Assembly: GCA_051294375.1 (NCBI GenBank)
Contig: CM119271.1
Span: 9,944,291-10,008,290 of the forward strand
Length of the DNA: 64,000 nucleotides
Reading direction: 5' to 3'
Source: Paraspadella gotoi
Lineage: Eukaryota > Animalia > Chaetognatha
Shown here one piece after another: positions 1-11,422 of this stretch (the first letter of the stretch is position 1; every line of letters begins with the position of its first letter). The translations under genes were made by a program, and so were the position numbers. The notes under the pieces were generated by a model that was not told the origin of the DNA, did not search any database, and saw only the letters and a program-made list of their open reading frames with translations.

Positions 1-638
1 ATGCTCAGAAACTAAATAATACAATTTTTGATAATACTGCAAACATTCATTGTATAAAGTAGAAGTCGGTAACACCCCTTTTCAGTGAGTCCCCCCCCCC
101 CAATTGTTTCTCCGAAGCCTTTATTGTTTGCCCAACTATTCCCCAAAGAAATGTTGAAAAAAAGTACTTTGAGCCTTAGATCGTAGCACAAGTCACCTCG
201 ACTGGAAATAGGGACAAATCAGATCCCTCAGATCTAAACTTGAGGAGGGGGCATGTGGCGACTTAACTCAGGTCGTAGATACAGACGGTCACCACGGTCA
301 CTTTGCTCTCGCTTTGACCTTAGACCTGACTGGACACATCAATAGAACCGAGGAGACAGTATGGTCAAATTGGTCCCGGTGTCGAAGAGTGCTTAGCTGA
401 CGAAAAAAAGGCCCAAACTTTTTTTAATTTTCCAATCGGTCAGATTTCTTAAATTTATTAATTGGTTGAATTTCTGAATTTTTTTAATTTGTTAAATTTT
501 TTAAAACTTTTTTTATTTTCTACTTTGAATTTTTTTTTAAATTTCTCGATTTTTTAAATTTATTATTTTTTTTTAAATTTCTTAAAATCTATGGTTTTCG
601 TTCGCTGAATTCTCCCTGTTTAAATTTATGACACTCAC

Positions 639-2291
639 CAAAATAGTGAGTGCCCTTTGCGCGAGACAGAGATCCCAGATGTGAAGTTCTTTCACGCCGC
701 TGTACTTCACCGCGAGCAGAGCCTCGATCAAGTGTTCGAGCATCACTGGTCGACCGTAGCATGGTCGAAGGTGGCTGACGGGGTGGTTAACGGTTGGAGC
801 AAAAGGCGGGGGGAGAAAAAAGAGAACGGGACATAATTAAAATAGGACATATGTATTAAAATAAGTTATTGTAAAATAAGACATAATAAAATAAGACAGT
901 AAAAAGACTTTTCTGTAAACCGTATAAAAAGATCTAAACTATTAAAATATGTACTAGTGAAGAACTCAATCTCATTTGTAAGTTACTCTGCCACACGACA
1001 AACGAAATTGGTACAACCAATATTAAAATTGTCCATTCAATCAATAAATCATCTCTCTTGCGCAAGACTTTGGACAGGCTATGGTGGGCTCTTACAAGAT
1101 AATAGCAGCAACGACCCTGCAATCTTTCAATCAAGAGTCTCGTTCAATCTCTCCCAGAGTACCTGGCTTCTCTATCAATGAAGTGGTATGATGTTTCAAA
1201 AAATGTTTCAATTGTATAAAAGGATCGGGGAATATCACTAGCACTATATTACTATACAATCCAATCAATCCAGTCAATCAAACCTATTTTTTTCCGACTT
1301 GAGAATCTTTTCGGCGTCTTGAGTCAAAGCGGCGACGGCGCGCGAAGGCGGGACGTAGACCGTGGATTTACGGACGCGTTGGGAGCGCGAAAATCCGCCT
1401 TTGAAGGAGAAGGTGGGGTTGGGTTGGCTTTTTTTTTTCTTTTCTTTTATTTATAAGAAACCCATTTATAAGGGATTATAATGTGAGAGGTGTAAGTGGG
1501 TTTTCTTTTCGTTTCTTTTATAATTTATTTGGGTTTTCGTTTCTTTTCTCGCTTTATCTTTGAGAGAAACCGAATTGTGAGGGAATGGAAACAAAGAGTG
1601 AGTGAGTGACGAGGTGAGTTGTCTTTTCTTTTCCTTTCTTTCCCTTTTCTTACGGAGAAACTGTCTTTTAGGGGATTTCTTTCCTTCTTAACTTCTTTAA
1701 TATCTTTAATTACCTGATTATGGTCGCCGATTGGTCTTTCTTTCTTTGTTTCTTTCTTTATTCCTTTCTTTCTCTTTTTTTTTTCTCCCCCTTCTTTCTT
1801 TCTTTTAATTCACCTGACAACGGTCGCTGCTTGGTCTCTTTCACCGGAATTTCATCTTTTGGAGGAATGGGACGGACAATGAACTGAGAGACGGAAACGT
1901 GGATGTTCAAATGTATGAATGGATATTAATATACTGTTTTGAAAAAATAACGATGTATTAAAAAAAAACTAATAAAAGAGAACTATTAAACAAACTAGAG
2001 ATAAAGGAACGAAGTAAAAAAGTAATAAAGTAATACAAAAGTAATAATAAAAATAATAATAATAAAAAAAATAATAATAATAAAATAATAATAAAAAAGT
2101 AATAAAGAAAAAAAGAAATATTAAAAATATATATTGAAAGTAAGATTGATGGATAGAACTTTACCAACCTAAAACGAACTAAAACGAAAGGAATATCTTT
2201 CTCTCTGTGTGTCTCTGGCCCTTGCTCTTCCTTTTGCTCTCGGTCAATCTTTGCCTCACTTTCATCGCTCCAGCGTCTCTGATTTCCCTCT

Positions 2292-2385
<94 letters not shown>

Positions 2386-4223
2386 TTACTTTTCCCCTCT
2401 CTCTGTTCTTCGGTCATTTTCTTCACTCTCTCTCTGTTTCTCTGTGATTTTCTCCTAATGTCAAACTCTTTCACTCTGTCTCTTTAAAGTCTCGGTCAAT
2501 CTCTCTCTCTCTCTCTCTCTCTCTCTTCTTTACTTTTCCCCTCTCTCTGTCTTTCGGTCATTTTCTTCACTCTCTCTCTGTTTCTCTGTGATTTTCTCCT
2601 AATGTCAAGCTCTTTGACTCTGTCTCTTTAAAGTCTCTGGTTTTAATCAGAAACAAAAGAATCGTGAGACAGAGATTTAATCACCAGAGAAAATTAGAGG
2701 GAGAATAATGTATGTTATCTTTGAAGTTTAACTAACATTGAAACATTAAGAATTAAAACTTCTTAACTACAAAAAGTTCAAACTCATCTCTTAACTATCA
2801 ATTGACCAATCTTTAATAAATCTCGTTTACACATTTCAACCCAAACGTGTTCTACACTTCGCAGATGCGACGGCGACGCCCTCTTTTGACTACTTTTTGT
2901 TTTCACGGAGAATTGACCAGAAAGAGATCATGGTCACATGAAAGGGGCACAGCCCAGAAGGCAAGGATCCGACCCTGCGAGGCGCAAGGGGCTGTTTATC
3001 TGACCAAAATAGATCCGCGTCCGTCGCGAGTTGACCGGCAAAACTACTGGAGGGCTCTGATTGGCTGCGACTGTATGGAGAAGTCCGCTGATTGGCTATC
3101 CAGAATCATTTAGAGGGAGGGATATTTCGCTTTTAAGAATTTTTTTAAGTCTCGGTTGAAATTAATTATTTTTTGATACTTTAGAATCTAACTTAGTTAA
3201 CTTAAATAAGTTTTATCTAAATATAATTTTATATTTTACATCAAGTTGTTAAGGATGTCTAGTGTAGCAAATTTAAAACTGACAAGCGATTTTTAGTCGC
3301 GCCGAGATCGGTACAAGCCGTCTGTCAATCGGTCAATCATATCAAAGGTCATATGTCAAATGTCACATGATTAAAACTCAAGTTCATTTGAATAGTTCTT
3401 ATTAAATAACAGCCGTAACTAAGTCCTGTAAATCCAATACCATAAATTATCATTCGTACATGTTTCCTATTTGGGTTAAATGAGATAGGCAAAAAGTAAA
3501 TCCAAAGTAAGCTGATTGTTAGATGGCTACGTTTTTTGTAGATTATATTAGTTTGTAAGTTGTACATACGTTTATTTATTTATTTATTTCTTTCCTTATG
3601 GTAATTGGGGGGGGGAAGGAAATCGCAGCGAAAATTAGGGCGAATTCGGCGATAAAGACGATTTCGCTAACGACTACAACGATGACGACCAAGACGACGA
3701 TACCTTCAGTGGTCGTCGAAATTTTCCGGCATCGCCGGCTTCACCTTTCCCTAGAGAGAGAGAGAGAGAGAGAGAGACGAACTCGGAAAATAGGCGGATC
3801 AATGGTGTCGAGAGAGGACGACGAAGACAAAGACAATGACTCTCTCGATTCCGTGGCGTCTCCATCTCTCTCTCTCTCTCTTCCTCTTCCTCCTCCTTTC
3901 GATCTCTCGATATCTATCGATCACTCCCTCTCGGTCTTTCACTTTTTTCGCAAAATTCTCTTTGACGAAAACAATATCTTTGTCTCGAATCGACATCGAA
4001 ATTTAAATCCCAATTCGACTAACTTTCGACCAATCAATTTTCAATCATATCTCAAACAAACAATCAACTTATCAAATTCTCAATTATTTTTCGGTATTAA
4101 ATCTTAATTTCGAACTAATAAATATCAAAATCTTACTCCATTTGGATCCCAAATTCAAACTCAACAATTTTTCCCTTACACCGAAAAATCTAAACTCTCG
4201 TTCTCCATCGATCTCACTTTTCC

Positions 4224-4268
<45 letters not shown>

Positions 4269-4270
4269 CT

Positions 4271-4301
<31 letters not shown>

Positions 4302-7300
4302 CCTCTCACGCCATGGCTCCCATCCGCGAGAATCACCGCTTCGTGCCCAACGCCCACCCTTACGCCAACGATCACCGCAACTCTCCCCCCGATCATCAAA
4401 CCCTTCCTCCCCTCCCTACTCTCCTTTCTCTCCTTCCCCCCCTCCCTCCATTTCCCCTCCCTGCCCAACCTACCCCTCTCCCTGCTCCCCAACCTACCCT
4501 TCCTACCCGCCTCTCCGCCGCTGTCAACTACCCCGGATCTCGCAAACCGGGACGGCGTTTGGCGCAGTTTTAACGCAAGTCCTCGGTGAGGTCAATAGCA
4601 CTTACCCGCCGCCTTCTCCGCCGCCGCAGTCTCCGCCGCCGCCGCCGCCTCTCTCTCTCCCATCTTCTCCTCCTCCTCCTCCACCTCCCGTTCACAAAGT
4701 TCACTCTTCACTGAAACACCTTACTCAATGGGAGGAGGAGGAGGCGAAGTCTTACGATGAAATTCTCTTCGGAGGCGTCGTCGCGAAAAGGTATATTAAT
4801 ATAATATTCAATATAATCGTATAAATTGATGGTAACAAAAGAAAATTGATTAATATTTAGCATTATTGTTATTAGCTACGTTAGTAGCTTTGATTCTCGT
4901 CCTCTGTATTATTTTAACTCTTAATTCTGATTTGACGAGGCCTTTCTAGTTCATTTAATGGTCTTATTCTCAAAGTCGTTTTAAGAAGTAAAAAAGGGCA
5001 AGTAAACTTTAAACTTTAAGAGATTGCCCAGGAAACATTAGCTTTGATCTCTCATTTAAGGTGCTCTCTCTCAATTCAGTTGCTCTACTTTGTACAATGT
5101 ACATTGTACATGCTCTTATTATTTTATTATTACTTTTCACGATGCCTAATACTTTTCCCTTAAAAAAGTTCTATTTTAGCTTTATTAAACCCTGATCTTG
5201 TTTTAACAGCAAGAACGATCATTTCCAACTCGATGATCATCTTGACTTCGACGATGACAAAGGATTTTACAAGTATCTGCCCGACGACCACATATTGTTC
5301 AGATACGAACTCATCGAGGTTTTAGGTAAGTTTAGATTATGTTAATGGGAGACATGTTTGATGACAGGGGTGTAAGGCATCTCCCGACAACCGACGCTCA
5401 GGGCTTTGAACCTGCAGTGACGACCCAATGTCACTGGCATGAAATGCCTACACCTTCGCACTTAACCAGAATGACCGCGAGGGGATCGAACCCAGAACTC
5501 ACGTTTGCTGAACGAGTACTTTGCTGTCCAAGCCAATGCAATGGGACGAGCTGAGTTACACCAAGCTATCCGGGAGGCGAATTAAGGATTCGTCACAAGA
5601 TGAAGTTTATTTTCTTGGGCAGGGGTGGATGTTAGTTTTTTGAACGTTTTAAACTCATTTAATATCGCTTCGTTTTATTAATTTTTTTTTTTTTTTTAAA
5701 TTTTATCCTCTTTTTCCAACCCCTTACTCTTCCCAACTCTCTCTCCAAAGGCCAAGGAAGCTACGGTGAAGTCTTCGTGGCTTTCGATCACAAGACATCC
5801 CAACTCGTCGCCATCAAAATTCTCCGCAAGATCGAGTCCGTCCTCGAAGACGCTCGTCGGGAAGTGGCAACCTTGAAGAAGGTGGCCAATCCCGACGACG
5901 TCGGCAACGTCGTCCGCCTCTTGGATTTCCACCCGGATTTCCGCGGTCATCCCGTCATGGTCTTCGAACTCCTCGACCAAACAGTCGGGGATCGATTGGC
6001 GGACGGACAGTTTCGGGGATTCCCGGAACCGGTTGCCAGGAGGATGGCCCATTCGATGTTGCTGGGGATCAAGCAGCTCCACGATAAAGGGATAGTCCAC
6101 TGCGACTTGAAGCCAGATAACGTTGTGGTTAAGGTGAGACTATTTTCTGTAATATCGGATTCGGCGGTAGGCTATATTCCGTTCCGACCAGGGCTAGAAC
6201 CCGGAATCAATTGAGTCGGAGAAGAAGCGTGAGCCCAGTGAGTCACCACCAGTGATTAATTTATTTACTTTATTTATTTTTCGTTTCAAAACATGAGTAT
6301 TCATATAAATTTACTTTTTTAAACCAATTGCTACACTATTAAGCAAGAAATTGAAATAAGTTCTTTTTCTTTGAAAAAAAAACAAAAGTAAACATTACTA
6401 CAATTTTAAGTGAAAAACTTTGTGATTTATTTTTAGTAATATTTTACTTTGATATAATTTTTTTTTAAATTTAATAATTGTTGATTTTTTCTCGTTAGAA
6501 CTCCTCTCTCACTCCAGCCCTTTATTTCCTTTCTCCTCTCCAGTCAAACAACACTGGCCTCAAACTGATCGATCTCGGCATGTCCATACAAGCCGGCCAA
6601 ATGCCTTACACCTACTTGGGAACCACTCATTACCGGGCCCCCGAAATCATCATCGGAGTCGACTACGGCAAGCCTCTCGACATGTGGTCCTTTGGCTGCA
6701 TCGTGGCGGAGCTGCTGACCGGAGACGTCTTACTGTGCGGCCGCGACGGCAAGGATCAATTAGCCCTCATCAGCGAACTGTTCGGCCTGATGCCGTCTTC
6801 GATGACGCTACGCGCTACGCGAGCTCACGATCTCTTGCGCCCGGACGGTACGCCGCGCTACGCCGAATCCGATTGCCAATGCGGAAACAAGGTCTGCTCC
6901 CGAAACCCCGACGGCTCGTGCTCTTGCGACTGCGAAACTTGCGGCTGCGAAGGCGGCGAAGGAGACGGCCTCTGCGAAAATGGGACCAGACTCCTGAGCG
7001 CCGGCGAAGGCTCCGACGGAAAAATGCGCGGGCCGCCTGGGTCGTTGGACTTTGAAACGGCGACCAAAGAGCGCGCCGCGCCGGTCGTTTCCGACCTCAT
7101 ACGTCGATGCCTCGTATTGGAGCCTCTGAAGCGTCTTACGGTCGACGAGGCTCTGGCACATCATTGGTTCGAGGGAATGAGTGAAGAAGAGAAGAAAGAA
7201 AAAGTGGATCTGACCAGAGGGCGATAAAAATGATAAATACTATCTCTATTAGTGCCTTATTTTTGTTTTTCTTTCATTTGTTAAAATTATGTATTGATCT

Positions 7301-9061
7301 TGTGCACGCTAAAAGCCGCGGGGAAGAAAGGTAAAAATTATTCTCCGAATGTCTCGTCGGTGATTTGTCTAGACTCGCCAATTCAGGACCTCGGGCAAGA
7401 AACTCTCTCTTTTCACAATCCAAACCGCTTTGGGGAAACCCGCGACCCAACACCGATACAATTATTCTATTAATTTCTCAATCAAGGGCCTCGGGGCAAG
7501 AAACGTTCGCTTTTCGCAATTCAAAACGTTAAGGGGAAACGTTAAGGGGAAACGCGCGGCCCAACACAGATAGTCATATTATATTAATTTCTCAAAAAAC
7601 CTCACATAACAAATTTTGTTTCCTGAAAATTTGTATTGCATTACTGTAATTTTGCGATAATCATTTTTCTCCGTGATATTGGTACCAAACTTATTTTTTA
7701 AAATCGAAATTCGGACTGCAAAATTATGATCTTTTTTGTTATAAAATTTGTTATCATTTCTTGTTATCGATTTGTTTACACTATTCATTTGAGGCAGCGA
7801 ATTTTATTGTTGCCAGTTTTTTAGTTACTGTTACCTATCCGAAATAAAAAAAATTCGAAAAATTTTAAAAATGTTTTATTAGGGTTGTTTACTTGTTTTC
7901 AAATGATAGTTAAAGTTTGAGAAAACAACGTTAGATATTACTAAAGAAAACTTTTCTCATCAGCGTATCAGATGATGATTCATGAGGAATCTTAAGTACG
8001 CACTATTTCTCTCGCTCTCTATCTCTCTCTATTTCTGCTTTTAAGTCTTTCATGTATCCCTTTAACAAATATGAAAAAATTGTGTTCGATTGACTGATTG
8101 GATGATTGATCGATTGATTGATTTAAATATAAACTAAAAAAATAACAAATAAATTCCATTCTACCCCATCCCCGTCCCCACAGGCATCACCCAAGAACAA
8201 TCCGTTAAAGCCGCTTATAAAAACATCCGTTCGAACATAGACAACCCCATAAAAAAAATAATAATAAACTCGCACAAAATAACCCCCCCCCAACCTCCAA
8301 ACGGACCTTATTCATGACGTTCTCTCCATCAACCTGCTTCTCCATCGCCCTCAGCAACTCCAGCCCAGGATCTCCACCTCCTTCCCTGCATTTCGCTTTG
8401 TAGGCGGAGAGAAGTTTCTTCATCGTCAGCGATACCTCGGATTCTTCCACGACGCGAGGCGCGTAGGCCGTGCGACGGACTTTGGGACGCGAGAGGGGGT
8501 TAAGGGGCAGCGAACGTATGGGTGGGGGTTGAGGTGTAATGAGGGGGAGAATCGTGGGTCATCGATGAAATACGATGTACGCTCAAAAAACAAAAAAGAT
8601 TGGAAGGCCCGTGGTGCGGAAAAAAACAAATCTTGGACTGAGAGAAAACAAAACGGGAGAATAAAAACCGTTTCCAACTGGTCGATTTAAAAAAAGTAAC
8701 CGATGGACAGTCCGGGAGATGGACAAATAGACAGACCGACCGAAAAAAAAATTGACAGGAAAACAGGTATTCGTAATTAGACTGATAAGGCGGTCTAAAT
8801 GAGGCAGACTGATAGACTATTAGAAAAATAGACCAACAGCCTGACCAAGAGACAGACAGACAAAATGATAGAGAGCGTACGGAGTAAACGACCGGCAACC
8901 GTAAAGTTGTCAAAACTTTTACAGGGACATAATTAAACGAGAAGCGACATGTACACAAATAATCCGCGTCCCTTACCCTGCTTCCTCTCGCAAACTCACC
9001 TTCCGTCACGACACTTACCCTTCGGCGGCGACGCGGATCCGACCGAGAGTTTCGGCGGCAT
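639..9061 (-). CDS. RNI-like/leucine-rich-repeat family protein, 5' part (continues off the left edge); exons 9019-9061, 8307-8479, 1814-1883, 1284-1398, 639-774
   Basis: Five GT-AG exons join with consistent phases (1,0,1,2,0) into MPPKLSVGSASPPK|VRRTAYAPRVVEESEVSLTMKKLLSAYKAKC...VMNK|FIVRPIPPKDE...|GGFSRSQ...|SHLRPCYGRPVMLEHLIEALLAVKYSGVKELHIWDLCLAQRALTIL. The family call rests on the 'VKELHIWDLCL' LRR-like start and recalled similarity only. Confidence 0.65.
1002..1215. repeat. Dispersed repeat family copy (probable non-LTR retrotransposon 3' end); other copies near 14678, 20948, 22274, 25310, 26335, 27168
   Basis: The shared core GAAATTGGTACAACCAATAT..AAATTATCCATTCATTTAATAAATAAGCTATC...CTCTTACAAGATAAT...CTTTCAATCAAGAC recurs about 7 times in the window. 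Confidence 0.8.
2288..2382. repeat. (CT)n microsatellite, part of a ~150 bp local tandem duplication (about 2330-2490 / 2490-2636); many other (CT/GA)n tracts occur across the window
   Basis: Seen directly. These tracts generate the spurious SLSLSL/ERERER ORFs in the track. Confidence 0.9.
4313..7227 (+). CDS. Divergent DYRK2/3-class (CMGC) dual-specificity protein kinase; exons about 4313-4790, 5210-5325, 5751-6133, 6544-7227; start uncertain
   Basis: NAPA-like HLTQWEEEEAKSYDEILFGG; DH box DFDDDKGFYKYLPDDHILFRYELIEVLG; GQGSYGEV; VAIK; HCDLKPDN; DLG; activation loop YTY..YRAPE; DMWSFGCI; RGPPGS. Splice phases are consistent. Confidence 0.88.
5370..5580 (-). mobile_element. tRNA-derived SINE-like relic in a DYRK intron (a second one lies at about 6160-6255)
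   Basis: Reverse-complement B-box-like motifs (GGGGATCGAACCC; CAGGGCTAGAACCC) in GC-balanced islands inside AT-rich introns; no complete cloverleaf. Confidence 0.4.
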
Positions 9062-9172
9062 CCTCCCTCGAGCGCCTCGTCCGCGGAAGCGGAGGGTAAA
9101 GGGTTACGACGACGACAATGACGACGACGACGACATGGTGCGAACAGGTTGATCTTTTTTGTGCGGAAAGGC

Positions 9173-9272
<100 letters not shown>

Positions 9273-10091
9273 ATGCGACAAGTTGAAGGAAAGCTCCGGG
9301 TGATTACATGCTTCCGTTCTTTTCTTTTTAAAAGGAGGGATTGAAAAGGTATAGCACCTCTTTCAGTCAGACGGCGAATCGATCGTCATGGTTCGCGGGG
9401 GATTTTCACTTTTTCGTTGCACTTTTTTTTTTTTAATTGAAAATAAATTAAACTAAGAGTATTTGTCAAAAGGCGAACAGTTAAGGTCGATCGTTTTTTA
9501 CTTAAAAAATAAATACGGAACGAAATAAAAATCCGGCCATTTATTAATTCTTTTAAAAAAAAAACCCAAAAAAATGTTTTTTCGTTACGTAATTGTTTTC
9601 ATTACTGTACAAAAAAAACTAAGAAGTATATTTTCATGTACGAAAGAGATTTTTGTCGTCAAGGACGCCGGTTCCAGCTGATGCCCGTCGCTGCAGCGGC
9701 GAATCCTGTCGGCGCTGCTCTGCCGCTGTTTTTCCTTTCGCCGGGCACTTGTTGAGAAACAGAAAATTAATTCTACATTATTTTAAATTTAAACTAATGA
9801 TAATGAGTGAAAATCGAACATTGAATATTTTTTAACTCATAAAAAAAAGAACAATTGTAGGAAATAAATTCATTTTATTATTCGCTACTAAAACAATAGA
9901 AAAAAAAATAATAATCTCAAGGAGGTGTCTTTTACAATGAATACTTTTAGGCAAACGAAGCTTCAGTCCTTTTCTTCCTACATCAATCAATCAACAACAA
10001 AAAATAATTAAAAAAAAAATCATATAAAAATTGTTTTCGAAACGCGATCATGCATGCAAAGCAGAGTTATAATTTTCTACTCTCATGTATA

Positions 10092-10649
10092 CAGGGAGTT
10101 CCAGCTCTTTTGGGACTAACGATAATCTTATGAAAATTAGTACACTTGTAAAAAATTTTAATGACAAAACAATTAATTAAAAATATTCCCTTTCGGCAAC
10201 CATGACCTTCTCCAAAGGTTCAGAGAAGGCGGCATATGCTTTTTCGACCGCACCAGTAGGGAAAACTGTCATTTCTATCACTATTCTTGCTGTCAAGAGG
10301 ACATTCTGCTTCCTTATCTTACATTTTCGTTAATCAGGGAGGACTGCAGTCAGAAAAACGGCGCGGTCAAAAGATAGCAGTCACCATCCTTCATCCTTCA
10401 TCCTGCTGTTCAGCAAAATTTAATAAAAATTTGTACAGAATTTTGACATGTCACGAAAAAAAAGATTTTAATACAGTTTAATACAGTAAAATACTGAGTA
10501 TGAGCTGTTGGATTTTTCAGACGTTTTTGATATCGATTAAAACAAATTTAATCTAGTTTCCAAATATTATCCCTTTTTTCTTCTATCAATAAACCGTTTT
10601 TGTGCTGTAAGCACTCGAAGTTAGTCCCATTAACAGCCAAACCTCCCTG
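10092..10649. mobile_element. Tc1/mariner-type MITE
   Basis: TA|CAGGGAG...GGGACTAA and TTAGTCCC...CTCCCTG|TA imperfect terminal inverted repeats with TA duplication. Confidence 0.7.
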
Positions 10650-10694
10650 TATAAATACTAAATAAATAAAAAAACTAATTTTTATCTTCGTCTC

Positions 10695-11349
10695 TCAAGA
10701 CGCGGCGACGATGTTCTTGTTGCCCAAGAGTCCGTAAGACATGACGAGAAATTCGTCCACTTCCTTCATCAGTTTGAAGGCGCATTGGGAGTCCGTGTCT
10801 CTTCGGAGGGAAGAATCCGTGCGGGAGAGGATGGATTCGATCTCCAAGGCAGAGGGCTTTGTGGGAGAGTGGGGAGGGAGGGGAAGGGGATGAGGGGGGA
10901 GAAAGTGAGGGAGGAAGAAGAGGGGGAAGAGAGGGTTAGCAATGGAGGGGGAGAGGGGAAGGAGGAGAGGGATGAGGGTAGGGAAAGGAGGAGAAGAAAG
11001 AAGAAGATGAAGAGAAGGAAAAGGAGAAGGAAATAAAGAAAAGGAAAAGATGAAAGGATGAGAGGAAAGGAAGGGGTACAAAGGACATAGGAGAGGTTGA
11101 GAAAGAAAGAAAAAGATGAAGAAATAACAGGGGAAAAAAAGTCTTATTTGAAATAAGCTACGATTTATTAGAAAATTATCGAACCTTCACCAATTATCCT
11201 ACCTTTGGCTTCGATCAAATCCTGCGCCGCTGCGTCGAACCGCAGCAGCTCGATCGCGTCGAAAGCTGCGTTGAGAAGATCGCGAACGCGCTCTGGAAAA
11301 AAAAAGAAAATACATGAGAAGATAATTTATAAAAATATTCAACAGATAT

Positions 11350-11422
<73 letters not shown>

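Noticed and set aside
241-420. Polypurine tract followed by TGT, a possible 3' LTR start
   Set aside because: No LTR end, partner or coding relic visible in the window.
2207-2487. SLSLSL/ERERER ORFs here and at about 9015, 14067-14426, 15557-15790, 20429 and 41070; poly-Ile ORF at 21554
   Set aside because: Microsatellite read-through.
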